DNA of 62,979 bases, the filler included, from Bigelowiella natans CCMP2755 (Eukaryota > Protista > Cercozoa): assembly GCA_000320545.1 (NCBI GenBank). It is 6 parts of 6 records of this genome, joined end to end, with 100 filler letters (N's around TTAATTAATTAA, not from the genome) between each part and the next. Parts side by side here need not be neighbours in the genome. Positions count along the whole stretch, not along the records: positions 1 to 31,159 come from ADNK01000776.1; 5 more parts are not named here. One strand, given 5' to 3'. Below are positions 13,180 to 26,857 of this stretch, one piece after another (the stretch's first letter is position 1; the number at the start of each line of letters is the position of its first letter). A program made the translations under genes and the position numbers. The notes beneath the pieces were generated by a model. The model saw only the letters and a list, made by a program, of their open reading frames with translations. It had not been told where the DNA came from and made no database searches.

Positions 13180-14938
13180 ATGGGTTCCGGCCTGGGCAGT
13201 GCTGTCCTCGTTTGCACCATAATGGTTTCTTCTTGTCCTTCGACGACAGCATCTCAGGCGGTGACAACCGCTCGCTTTCAGCCGATGACTGGGACCGTTC
13301 AGCTGCCGACGTCGGCTTATTCCCATCAAGGAAAACCTGAGGGGGGGCGCTATGAACGCTTTTACGACTTTGTGAGGAAACGGATAGGGGAGCAGCCAAT
13401 GATCTACAACGGGAGCTTACTCCTTGGCCAGATATACGTGGGCGGCCGCGTCATCTGTGCGATTTGTAACATGTCAGTACAATGTTCCCAAGTCTTATTA
13501 AAAGAGGCCAGATGCTAGAGTTTAGAAGGGGGTCTTGTTCTGTAAATACTTTATTCACGCAGCAGCTGAGTTTCGTTAAATACTTTCAGGACCAAAATAT
13601 CGATGCACGCGTTCCATAATCATGTCCAAATATTCCACGTGGAAGGGATATATCGCTGTGTACACTGCAAAAGTGAGTCCTCACAAAAACAATTTTCGTC
13701 AACACCTGCTTTTTGTTGGTCTTTATGACCATAAATCGGAAAAGTTGTTGAAATGTGGATACATCTTGCTGTGAACAGATCGAACCTTCACCCGTAAAAC
13801 AAATATGATCAACCACATGAAGCTCCACCAATCCGTCCGTCCGTTCCGGTGCACATACTGCAATGCAAGCTTCACTACCAAGCAGGTTCTTACTACAGTA
13901 TTGTCCTACCTTTCCTAATACAAGATGCGACCGATGTCCAGCTTACCTGAATCTGACCTAACATCCAAACGTGGTCTCAGATAATGCAGTCTCATGCCAT
14001 GCGCCACACGGGGGAATTGCCCTTCAACTGCACGCGATGCTCTCGAAAGTATTCGTCAATCTCATTGCCTTTTTTTTTTCCTTCAATTCTAAAGAAACTG
14101 GGTTGAAACATGCTACATTTTGTGTCGTTGAATTCCAATCTAATCTTCATTGTTGCCGCCGCCCTTTGCGGATTCCAGATTTCGTCAACGAGGCACGTTG
14201 ATTGCCCATATCCGGACTCATACGAAAATTAGACCATTCGAATGCCAACAGTGTAGCAGGGTACATTATGAGTGAAGAGAAAATGTGATGCATTGTACAC
14301 TCAGCTTATAACAACCCTCTAGGCTTTTACTGAGCTTTCCAACCTCCGTCTCCATGCTTGCATACACACGGGATCCCAGCCTTTTGTTTGTCAGGTAATC
14401 TCTCCCGTTAGCATTCATTTTTAAACTCTTTTTGACATATTGTATCACGTCTCTCTTCTTAGATTTGTAATCGGCGTTTCAACCGAAAACACAATCTGAA
14501 TCGGTATGTTCCCGTTTCCTTTCGAACCACTCATCTTTGGCCTTTGATTGAGTACTTGATTCTCTCTTCCTTCTCCTCTTCCTTCTTTTCTCCTCCTCCT
14601 CCTCTTCTCCTCTTTTTCCTCCTCCGGGATAAGGCATCTTGGTACTCATTCAAACATACAACCGTTCCAGTGCTCCTATTGCGGCCGAAGATTTGCACAG
14701 GTATGATGAGTGTAACTGGGTGTGGAACATGCTATTTCGCAGCTTGTAAGTCAGGAAAATCTAACATATTCTATACTGATCCCATGACACCGCTACAATT
14801 CCTTCCGCAAGCAAGGAAATATACTTTTAGCTACTATAAATGTTAAGGATAATTATTTGTTGATGACGATACCAAATACAGAAAATAACCTGGCAACGCC
14901 ACAACGCTCGACACCAACGTGCTCAGAAGAATGCTTGA
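13180..14938 (+). CDS. C2H2 (Kruppel-type) zinc-finger protein, about 7 fingers; start uncertain
   Basis: Spliced exons give ICAICNMTKISMHAFHNHVQIFH, YRCVHCKNRTFTRKTNMINHMKLH, PFRCTYCNASFTTKQIMQSHAMRHTGELPFNCTRCSRKFRQRGTLIAHIRTHTKIRPFECQQCSRAFTELSNLRLHACIHTGSQPFVCQICNRRFNRKHNLNRHLGTHSNIQPFQCSYCGRRFAQKITWQRHNARH. Confidence 0.9.
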
Positions 14939-15910
14939 GAGATCTCGGTCCGCGGTGTTAAAGAATAATTATGAAGTCATTAATGAGTTTATTTGACTGA
15001 GGACACTCGCAAAACTTTATGTTATTAAAGTTCAATTTCAATCATAGAGCTAGCACCGCTGTAAATTTAGCTACACTACAGTCACATGATTATGCATGAC
15101 ATCGCACACGTACGTGCGATGTTTATTTGTGTATCACATATACAAGCGCGGTGTGCAGTGCTCGTGAGCTTGCGGAACACCGACAGAGCACATGATATCG
15201 CTGACAAATATGTAGCTATATCAATATATATATATATATATATATATATAAGCAAAAAAATCTTAATCACAGTGTATCGCATGTATAGCAAAACGGCCTG
15301 CAAGAGCTAGTAGACGGCACACGTCCCCCCTCTACCGCCTTGTATGTGCTGAAAAGATGATAAAATCTATTATGATGGTTATCACTGCACGATTGTTCCT
15401 ATTAATAGAAATGCCTGTGGAGCCACAAAAAGGACGCACGGGCGTCAGTCACATTAGCCATTGACAAGTGATAGAGTAATAATGCGCATTGGCGGCAGTT
15501 CCAGGATATGTTCGTACACACCATCTTAGCAATGCATGCTGGTTATCTATTCATATGTTAGCAGCGCCTTGCTATCATCTAGATCACAGCGCCTACGAAG
15601 CGCGATCGGTTGTATAGTAACACATGTAATGATTATGAAATAGATATTTACTCATGCGCACAGAGCGTGCATAACTGCAATGATGCATAGCCTTATTTGC
15701 CCAAATGGCATCTACAATGAAGGCCCGCACAGATTCAGGAACCGGGTTTTGGAGAAGCAACTTAAAGTTTATAAGTAGCAACGAAATCGTAACGATCGGT
15801 GCAATTTCAAAAACTGTCAACAAAGCTCGTAACAATTGATCCATGGCCGGGTGTTATCACCTCATATATTCAGATTATGCCTGTTCTCACAATTCCTATT
15901 TGACTGTAGG

Positions 15911-16543
15911 TTACGGTGACAGTCGCTTAGGATCTCTGGGAAACATGGAACATTCGCGGATGTTGGGAATTTGAAGGAACAGCATTGCGAGCCTGTGCAG
16001 AGGGGATTGTCATCATTTATGCCATCCTCATCTTCATTACATCAATATCATCATCATCATCATCATTGATTTGAATCGGAAAGAAGGATGCTGCTCTCCG
16101 GCATGAACAAATAAATAAATGAAATGTATAGTCGTTAAATTACCTTTCCAGCCCTATCCCTGCGCCGGCATGAGGCGGAGCTCCATAAGAGAAGGAGTTG
16201 ACATAATCCTTGACAGACTCGACGCTCACATTGCAAACCTTGAGGAGGATAATATATTAGTGCTGCATCCATCAAACCGCAACATACACATTTGATCATC
16301 TTTGACACTGTGACGGCTGCTTTGATATGGTGGGCGGGCGTGTCAATATTCGAATGGGCTGACCTTCAGACGGTGGCGCAGAAGGGCTGAATCATGAACT
16401 CTTTGTGCGCCTAGATGCAAGATGTCCACGGTTATAAGTTTCTTCATATTAGGGTTATTTCTCCAGAGAAATTCGCATGAAAATCTTTTTCTTTCTCGTA
16501 ACAGTGATATGTGAGAAAATGCTACCTAGCATACGACAATTCA

Positions 16544-16578
<35 letters not shown>

Positions 16579-16901
16579 CACATAGTTGCAAATACAAAGG
16601 AAGAGACAAAGAGAGGGATAAGTCTACATACACTCAAACACACCTGAAGAAATCTCTTGTCCTCTCAAAAACAGGTCGTACGAATTTGTGTAATTTGCGT
16701 CCGTTGGATCAAGCATAGTGTAGAATGGACTAGGAGAAGGAGTGAAAAGGGAGAATGAAGACAGAGGAACAGAAATAAGGGATTAATGGAAATTGAGCGG
16801 CCAATGATCAAAACTTTGCAAATGAAACTTGATGAAACGCAAAACTTTGGATGGCAATTCTTTGTTGTTATTAGGTTTTCTAAGGAGAAAGTGTGGTCGC
16901 A

Positions 16902-16944
<43 letters not shown>

Positions 16945-17305
16945 ACAGACAGACACACACACGCACACACACACACACGCACCGAACAGCTGCTGGGTAT
17001 CCATACACCACATAGAAATCGGTCTTGTATCTGGTGGAAGTTGTAGGAAAGGGGGAGAATGAGGAGTATGAGGAGGAGGAGAATCACCAAATCAGGACTC
17101 GTCACTGAAACATTGCCTTGGAGCAGGATATCTACTAGAGTTCTTCTTTGAAACACTCTTATGCAGAACACGCAGTCATTAACACCATCACTTCGTCCTT
17201 AACGTGATATCTGACCTTTCCTTGATGATACGACCCAAAGTAAGCTCCATCTCCGTCGTTAGGTCATCAAAGTCACCAATCGATATTCCTGCACTCGGAA
17301 TAGTG

Positions 17306-17339
<34 letters not shown>

Positions 17340-19204
17340 GAGGAGGAGGAGGAGGAGGAGGAGGAAGAAGAAGAAGAGGCGCACCAACGCAGAAAAGCAG
17401 CGACATCTCAAAAAGTAGCTTTATTTATTTATTTATTTTGATAGTAATTTCAAACCAATTAAAACGAAGAAGCGACTCTAGCTCTGGCAGCGAGGGCACA
17501 CACAGGAATGGTACGGCCTTCGCTTCCAGACAGAAGATACAAACGGAGGGGGGGGGTTGGAGTAGGGTATCTCCAACAGCACCGTAGGAAAGGAAACGAT
17601 AAAAATTAAGAAGAAACTAGATCGCATCCATAAAATGTTATTTCTCCTCTTTCCTTTTTTCTCTTTCTACCTTCTGATCTTAGCAATCTTACAGCTTCCT
17701 TGAAATGTATCCTGGCACCGCATCAACAGTGTATCAATACTATGTCACCTTTGCGTGCTCTCACTTCATGCTGGGTGGGAGTTTTCGAAAACAGTACATA
17801 CATGCACATGTAGTGAATCTTCTCTATTACAAGCCCACAGGGAACAAGGGAAAATCTCACTGGGAAGAATCAAAAATTGTTATTCTGGTAAATATTTATC
17901 GTCAGAGTCAAAGTGAGAAAGCGGCACCGCTAACATCATATATCATATATCACATATCATTTATCATGTATCATATCATCAGCGATGATGCAGGCAGACA
18001 TGAGCTAGGAGGCGACAGCACCTAGGGTTCTTCCCAGGAGGAAGCACAGTGATTGGTTCATCGAAGCAGAATGGCCTCTCATCGTCCTCCTCCTTCTTCG
18101 CAGCTTTGATTGTATTCACATGCGGTGCTGCTTCTCCCGATGTTTCTAATCCAAGCGGGATATGGTCTCCGGATGATGAGGTGGTGTTGATACCATGGTT
18201 GATGATGTTGTTGTTGTTGTTGTTGTTGTAGTATGTGTGCACGATTGACGAGATCTGGCTCCTACACGACGATGAAACCTTGTGGAATACCTATAGAATC
18301 AACAAGTAGGCAGACAACAACGTCAAGAGGACGAGAAGAAAACACCTCATCATTGGTATTTAGATTCTCTTGAATATACTCCTTCCTCGCAAGGGAATTA
18401 GACTAACAAAAACCCGTCATCACTGCTATTTCTCTCCTTCTGTTTCTCTCTCCCATCTTACCGAGATGAGCACCTCCTCGATAAGATCAATCGCCTTTCG
18501 ATGCATTTGTCCATATTTGAATTAGTAGGACCAGGAAAAAGAAGAAGAAGAAGAAAATGATGATGGTGGTGATGGTGATGATGATGATGAAGATGATTAT
18601 AATGTACTGGCAACCACACTATTAATAATACCCAGAAGTTGCTATCTCCCTACCTCGTAAAAATGCTCTTTGATCTCCATCTCAAAGTCGAGCCCAGTGA
18701 ATTCGCACAAATGTCTGGAGGGAGGAAAGAAGGAAGGAACGCCAACATGAGAGAAGGGGGGGCAAGAGAGTGTAACAGGATGATGATGATAATGACGATG
18801 AAGATGATAATAACGATCAAGTGTTAATATTATTGCATCTGCTAGAGTTAACGGTGGTGCAGTGTACCATCCTTCAATGGATGAGGATACATTGATATTA
18901 TCAGCATCATTATCATCATCATCAACAACAACAACAACATATATCACCGTTGCGTGTTGGACATCTCAGCACGAAATACCGGCCCTATCTCGTAAACCCT
19001 TCGCAGATCTGACGCAGAGAGGCATGAATGATGGGAATTTGGAAAGAAGAAGGAGGAGGAGGGAAGAGTAGGGCAGCATCAACACTACAATAATACTTCA
19101 ACTACTCACTGAGTCCCTTGTCTCTCTTGTTTTACCATCAAACAACAGCATACCATCATTACCCCATCCTTCCACTCTACTACTCGTATTTACTCTCACC
19201 GCTG

Positions 19205-19240
<36 letters not shown>

Positions 19241-19492
19241 ATTACCTGCCATGATTGCCATTTGTTTGTACAGCTACGACAAGAAGAAGAAGGGGGGATC
19301 ATGGCATCAGAAGAGGAATAAGAAACGTGAGCCAAGGAAACGAAAATTATGCATTCTCACAAATGCTCTCTTGTTTGTCTTCTTCACGCATTCACACGTT
19401 TAATCAAATTGGGACAGCTTTCTTCTTCTTCTTCTTCTCCTTCTTCCTGTTCTTCTTCGTTTCTTCTCTCCCCCCCCCCACCTACTACACCC

Positions 19493-19524
<32 letters not shown>

Positions 19525-19714
19525 ACCTGTGGGCTTTGAGCAAGACAAGCAGCCGTTCCAAAGTAATTCACCCTGAATACCTCAGCACCGCCCTAAGAAA
19601 GAACACGAAAAGAAATGAGAAATAAGAGAGGTGGATACAGCAATTGCCTCACGTTTCACCACCGCCACCACCGTGTCGACCGAGGCTTAAGTTTGTATTA
19701 CCATCAGCAGTGTT

Positions 19715-19746
<32 letters not shown>

Positions 19747-19762
19747 AATCACCATCATCAAT

Positions 19763-19802
<40 letters not shown>

Positions 19803-20208
19803 GTCAAGACAAGCATCATACTTCGCTGCTGCCTGATATAAGCTTTGGAGTGTGGATTTGCAAGAAACCACGGGAGTGCAGGGCTTCTTGCCAGCACTCT
19901 GTTATCTTGCTGATGACCTCAAACACACCTGCCAATCATCACATCAGATTAATTTCAGTGTCTATGTAGATTCACAAATCGCCGCGCCATTCAAGACATT
20001 GCCCATAGACATCCTCAGAAGCGCCTACACATCCATCTGGGTGTTGATATGGCTGCCCCAATACACTTTTATTCTTATTGTTGTTGTTGTTGGTGTTGTT
20101 GGTTCATGTCGTAGTCGTTGTTGCTGGTTATCGCTCCACTACCGTAATGGACTGGAGCTCGTATATCCACAACCCTTTTGACAGACAGAGTCATTGTAGT
20201 AATATATA

Positions 20209-20249
<41 letters not shown>

Positions 20250-20517
20250 CAACATGAATACGCAAAGATTAACTGCTCGATTCAGATGGCAAAACACCGG
20301 CATTTAAAGATCGTGACATCTATAGAGCAAGCAAAGGGAAACGGCGAAAGAACACCTGTGATTGAGTCTATGGTCGCGCATGACCCGGCTACCATTCTCT
20401 CCTACACTCCTACGTGCGGAACAGAACGAGGAGTTCAAAACTATGAGAATCAGCTGTTTACCCTCGATAACAATATACTACATACAATTTTACTGCTTGG
20501 CAGTGCTAACAAACTCA

Positions 20518-20560
<43 letters not shown>

Positions 20561-21155
20561 TGATATATTCGTCCTTTCAAGGTAGTAGGATGGTAATATA
20601 TCCAAAGTGGTGGCGGCAACAACAACAACAACAACAACAACAACAAGCGCATCAGTCACTGCAGTAGCGACAACAGCACTGACAACGAGAACCTGGTGCT
20701 ATCGTCGATACCAAAGGGAAGCTCTTTGTCAGGTTTGGACACGAGGTAGATTTTACGAATGAGCAGCTCAAAGTCGGACTGAGCGGAACGATAATGAAGT
20801 TAAGGGGTTGCTATCTAAGGGGGGGATGATAGACATGCAATATGATATATATTATATATCCTATTGCTGTGTCTATTATGGGGCATAGTTTGCACATCTG
20901 GACAAATTTGTGCTGTTCCGTAAATTCATCAGTGAGAACATACAAAAGGAAGAAGATGTGATTGAGGTGTCTTCTCCCATATCATCGCTCCACACTCCTA
21001 CTACTAATACTACTTCTATTTCTGAGATGACTATCAGATAAGCAAACAGCACCTTGGTGCAAGCCTTCACTAATGCCGGAGATAATGTTGCTTCGATGTC
21101 AACAATGCTTTCGGGGAGGATCATTCTGACGCCAGGCAAATAGTCACACCACAGT

Positions 21156-21195
<40 letters not shown>

Positions 21196-22598
21196 GAGAG
21201 AGAGAGAGAGAGGGGGGGGGGGGGGGGGGATCAAGGAGCAGCCTGTTGCCGCCGTACAGGAAACTATGGCATATATCTTGTAGTAGTATCCTCATCTATG
21301 CATTTTTCTGGATCATGAATGAGAATTACTTTTTTGCGAAATCTAGCATCGCAGGATGGTGTTCGGGCGTCAGGACTGCTTGTACGGTGTATCCTCTTTC
21401 TCTCAGCATGAGGAACATCACTTTCCCAGCTGCAAGTTGCAAATCAAACAGCATCATTATCATCAACATCATCAAATTTAGTTGAAGACATGAATAAAAA
21501 ACACAACTGTACCCTGGCGTTTTCTGTGTACACGTGCACGAATCCACACGCTACTGGAAGGGGCACCCGGTGTGCGGTCGTTTAATTTTAAGTCCTGGAT
21601 TTGTACAAACGACCTTGCACTTCTACCCTGAGACTGGATCTAGTTGTTTTAGCAGATGGGGGGAAGCAAAGGTCAGCCATTCCATCCGTGTTAATTAGCC
21701 TTTAACAAGGCAAATAAAGGAAAAGATGCTAGTACCATTACGTACGACCCAAAAGGCTTTGTTCCATTCGTCGAGATGTCGAGGTGCGACAACTGTATTC
21801 AGCAGAATGTAGATAGGATAATGTTCTTAGGTTGTTCTTCAGTTAGAATTTATCACAGAGAGTCATCCTACTTGTTATGGCAATGAACTGTCCAAACATA
21901 TCTCTAGGTATAACTTAGTAAGAATTGTAGAAGTAAAATGACATCTGGAGGGAAAATGTGTATGCGATGTCGAGTTAACGAAGAACCTTCGTTTGTAGTT
22001 CCTTCAACGCAACTGCCTCTTTTTGCAACCGGGCCTCTCTAAGCTGTTGTCTTAGTATCCTCTTGGCCTTCAGAGTATTCAGCAGTAAGATTATCAGAAC
22101 AACTTATTCGGAAATAGTTAGAAAGTGAAACTGTCACATTTCTCCCTGCTGCTGTACCTCTTTTTCCTGCTTCTTATTGGCCGTAAAGGAGGAAGAGGAG
22201 CAGGAGGACACGTTTCTTCGACGATCACAATCTTCTTTCGTATTTGAGTCTTGGTCACCACCACTCCCACCCCTCAGCAATGTAAGGGTATTGCGCATGC
22301 ATCGCTGGATATGAGGAGGGTGATCAATCCTGTTCCTGGGACGACGTATTCAACGTCAGATAGCGATCATAAGAAACAATTAAAGCACAAGATGCTTTCC
22401 TTATTCTGACTGCATGTTCACAGTACAATCCGCATGATTGCCTACAACCGACCTTCGGCCATGTTGCAGGCGACGATGATGGCGGCCCCGAAGATCAATG
22501 GTGAGGTGATAACCAAGAAAAAGAGCCACCATCGTTACGAAGACGCATCGTGGGGATCTAGGATGAGATACAGCTCGCAAACGCACCCCAGTGATCAT
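15911..22598 (-). CDS. DARS1: Aspartyl-tRNA synthetase, eukaryotic cytosolic type, with N-terminal bipartite-like leader
   Basis: OB fold [26 protein letters not shown] and ESIVDIE; motif 2 [20 protein letters not shown]; GAQRVHD; motif 3 [15 protein letters not shown]; C-terminus [10 protein letters not shown]. Confidence 0.92.
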
Positions 22599-23106
22599 CG
22601 TGGGTGCGATAAGGCAAGCAGGCAGGGAGGCAGGAGTCAAGCAGGTCGGTGCTTGCAGGACGACGATGGGTTTGTTGTGGCGACGGGAAATGTGGTTATC
22701 ATCTCGTACTAGTCAATAATTCAAACCACATATATCTTATGGATAACTTGGAAAATAATGCTGAAAAGGAGACTGCATAGAGACTGGGCTACAGTTTCTA
22801 CACCTGCGAAGACTCTCCATAGTAATTCTTAGCCTAGGAAATTTACTCAGAGCGGCGAAAAATTACGCGGAATATAACCAAAATGAAGCACAGAAAGTAC
22901 ATCTCTCACCTGGGATCCTCCTCGATTTCCACTCAAACACGAAAGAATTTGCACGTCGCATCGAACAAGAGGCATGCAAAGTGAAAACGAGAAGGAATAG
23001 CGACATTCTTTCTTTGAGACAACAAAATCTTCTTGTCGCTCCAATAAAAGACGAGGATTCATCTCAAAGTCCTGCCAGCTTTCCCCTTTCCTGGTGTAGT
23101 GAATAA

Positions 23107-23832
23107 ATGGAGGCTGGCCTCTTCGCTTCTTTGAAGCCATCCGTCGAGGTGAATACATTTGAAGCTTTTCAAAAGAGATTGGATATATTCCTGAGTGAAC
23201 TGTTGCCAGAATCCGACTAGTATTAATCTCTCTCTCTCCACAGGTGTGCGACCAGCAGATAAAGAACGTGGTCGAATCACAAAGTGTATTACAAACTTAC
23301 ATTCAAAGCCTATCTGCAGGTGATAAATCGAGGGACAATCAAACATGGGGATGTTAATTCTTAGTGTGTGAGGATGAATAGGCGATTTTCACATTATCTA
23401 CCTGCTGTCGGCTAAAGATTATGTGTTTGCCTCATCTTATCCCCCTCCCTGACACCCTCTTCGTTGTCAGAGCTTGATAAAGCACCGATCACTGACATTC
23501 CTGGACTCAAAGATTACAATGTATGTAGCAAAGAGAGGGCACCATAACGAGGGATAGAAGAGAGCACGGGAACGCAGAATTGAATACGCTGCAAGCTCAT
23601 CTTAAACTGAAAGTAATTGTGCTTCTTCCTATCTCAGACAAAGCTTGCATTGACAAAAAAACGATTGGCTGGAATCACTGCAACTGTTGAGCGAATAAAT
23701 GCACGCCTAGAAAATGTAATCGTAACGATTTCTACAAGTGGGAAACGACATGTTGGAAAAAACAACCCTTCATATTTTTCATTAGATTCGCACAATGGTT
23801 CGAAGGAAGGGAACCCTGCAGATAGAATCTGA
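23107..23832 (+). CDS. SNAPIN: Snapin / BLOC-1 subunit
   Basis: Four exons give MEAGLFASLKPSVEVCDQQIKNVVESQSVLQTYIQSLSAELDKAP...DYNTKLALTKKRLAGITATVERINARL, matching the Snapin coiled-coil pattern. Confidence 0.75.
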
Positions 23833-24089
23833 ACACACATCGAAGGTATTTGGACAAATAGTTTATATATATATATAATTCGTTATCCCTTCAGAGTGAA
23901 GGGGGTCTTCTGAATATCTGTGATATGCAACACATTTTTACTGTCTCTAATTCAAATATTAGGGCGATCAAAAGGATCTAGAAAAGAAAAATAACGAAAG
24001 TGTAGGCATTCCGTCGATATCTGATCTGATAAGTTGGGAAGATGCGACGTGATTAAATTAAATGACTTGGATATCTTGATTCCTTAGAT

Positions 24090-25310
24090 ACGGCATACAT
24101 GTAGACATGCTGCTCACTTGTTTGGTTGCCACAACGTGTGCTAACTAAAGTGAAGATACCAGCGTATTATAGTACACAGGGTGAAGTAGCAAATAATACC
24201 ATGCCATTATAACAATTTGTGCGTTTGAGTTAACTAGATACTACTGCAGCTAGCATACACAATGCTAGAATGATGCCGCGATTTATACCGATCTAGCGAT
24301 GTCTTTTGCGTGATTTATTATTATTAGCATGGCACATCACTACTAGACATAGAATTAGCGGCATAGCAGATATGAGATTGACAACGGCTTCGCAAGCGCA
24401 TATTTGAATATGCCTACAACGCAGTGCAGATGATAGCGCATAGCTAGATAGCTAGCAGCCAATCTAGCAATGAGCCAACAGTGCTGAATGCTAGCTAGCT
24501 AGGATGTAACAATGAGCAGTAGCAGCAGATGAGAGCTACATGACAAAGAAGCTTACTGTTCGTAAATATGCTGTAGATATATAGCGTGCTAGCGTGGCAT
24601 ATACGCCATTCGCATAGTTATGCATTAGTTAAGGATTTATATCATCTTGATATAAAATGGTCTATGATTTTTATTTACAAAGCTAATTATAATAAAAATT
24701 CTGGTCTCACAAGGCTAGAAGGGAAGGAAAAATTGAAAAAGTAGTATGACCATTAAAAAGATTTAATTTATTTATTCTAGTATTCATAACATCCGATCCA
24801 TCTAGCCATCTAATCTTACGCATCGCATGCTAGCAGCACCGCTACGTACACCGTATCGTACTAACAGTACCTGCTAGCCTGCTGACTAGCACAAGACATA
24901 TAGACCTTTCTCTGTAGTTTGCCTTAACTACTTATATATAGTATGACCATCTAGCTAGATCGATATCTCGATGCACATTCTAGCATTGCTGCGCCATGAT
25001 CAATGCAATATCATGTACTGCTAGACTGCAACAACGCAAAACATTACTAGATCACGCGGCATGTACAACTAGACAAGTCTGAAGGTGCGTGCGGTCGGCC
25101 CCAATATGTCATGATCGACATACATCGGATTCATCTAGACGTTGTACTGTCATTATTATTGCCTACTCACCTTGCTGTCTAAATAAGTCATGCTTTTGCA
25201 TTCACTTCTACTAGACTTTCTATGGTGCTCTTAGTCCGCTAGATATTGCTCCCTGCGCTGCTTTCCTTGTATGTGCGCTAGTTACGGTAGTAGTAGAGCA
25301 TGTCTTTGGC
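24090..25310. other. CTAG-rich, purine/pyrimidine-alternating spacer between convergent genes
   Basis: About 28 CTAG by hand count in 24181-25300; no ORF of 60 aa or more lies within it in the supplied track. Confidence 0.7.
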
Positions 25311-25422
25311 TCAAATCTTGATAGCTTTATCTGACTCCCATTTGCGTGATGTATGTGCGAAGGAATGTGTTACATATAGGCTTTGATTATATGAAGCATC
25401 CAGTCTTTTGTGTGCTCGACTA

Positions 25423-26820
25423 TCAATTTCTTCTGGATCTATTTGGTGCACCAGAGCCCCTTCTTTTTCCTCTTCCGTATCTTTGTCCTTTGGATCGTCC
25501 TCCCCGATTGCTATTTCGAGACGTGGTGTCTGCATTATTTCGAATATCTCAAAACTCTTCGATGACTAAAGGGAACCTTGACTCAAAGGATATTCTTGGT
25601 ACAAAACTTATGCAAAACCCTTAGAATCTGTACACGAAACGCAAAAATAGTAAAGATATATTACCTTTTCTCCCCCCTCCCCTGGACCTCGTGTACTGCT
25701 GTTGAGATCGTGAGGCGGAAGGACGGTGGTGGCTCTGCTGATGCTTTTGATTCTGCTGCTGATGATGATGATGACGATGATATCCGGGCCTTCTATTGTA
25801 TTGAGAGGACACAGAAGTAGATGACGATGATGGTGCTGTCAATGATTTTTGTGTGGAGTTGCTGCTAGGCTTATTAGCAGCGCGTGGGTGGCGATGACTG
25901 GTCGATGAAGGTGGCAGACGAGATGAGGAAGCAGGCCGTATCTAAGCACCACAAGAACTAAATTCATTTTCTGAAGGGAATTCTCGACGATGATAACGAT
26001 GGTGAGGAGGAGGAGGAGAAGGAGGAGGAGGAGGAGGATGGCGATGACAAGGATGATGCTGATTAGAATGTTCTATTGTGACTGATGCTATAGAAGCTAT
26101 TTTCGATGTAATGCTGGTGGTACGACTACGGTTTGTTGAGCATTCACCCCAATAATTGGTTGTTACCTCTTCGCCCTTATCAAGCCAGCCAATATCTTCC
26201 ATGAAGCTCCTTCCTGATCGCTCTCTCATCGACGATGATTTATTTTCGACGACATCCGGAAACGGAACATTCCTTACAACAACAGATGAAAATAGACAAC
26301 TAAATGGAACGCCGGCTTGTAGCTACCATCATCACCACCACGTAGTCTCCATCATCATTATCAGCAACAACATCATCATTATCATCATCGCCCTTATCAT
26401 TCCTTCTTATATCACTTACCAATTCACATTGTCCTTCGATGCTGCCGAGGGATCTCCATTACTTCCACGGCTTCCTCCTCCTCCTCCTTTTCTATTTTCC
26501 TTAGAAATTCCTGAGCAGCAAATACAATGAGGTTCAGCCCACGATGTGCTCGTGAGGCCGATTGACGGGGTTCCAAGTTTCTTTTTTATTGCCTTCTTCT
26601 TCTTCTTCTTCTTCTTCTTCTTCTTCTTTTTCATTACCATTTTCGACTACTACTACGACATACTCATTATTATTTCTACAACCTCGGTCCTTGTTCTTCC
26701 TCCTGTTTGTATTGGAAAGTTTATATATCTCCCGGATTGTGCGGGGCATGCTGCCTGAAAAGGGGAGGAAGAAGACTTCTCTGGTAAGATGCTTGGATAT
26801 GACGATAACTCTTGTGTGTA

Positions 26821-26857
<37 letters not shown>

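Noticed and set aside
13148-14640. Minus-strand gene with an apparent in-frame TGA near 14480 (possible recoding)
   Set aside because: The + strand encodes a clear C2H2 array; the minus-strand frames are antisense shadows.
24640-24960. Helitron or MITE within the CTAG spacer (repeated tagtatgaccat, AT-rich island)
   Set aside because: No convincing terminal hairpin, terminal inverted repeats or target-site duplication could be identified.
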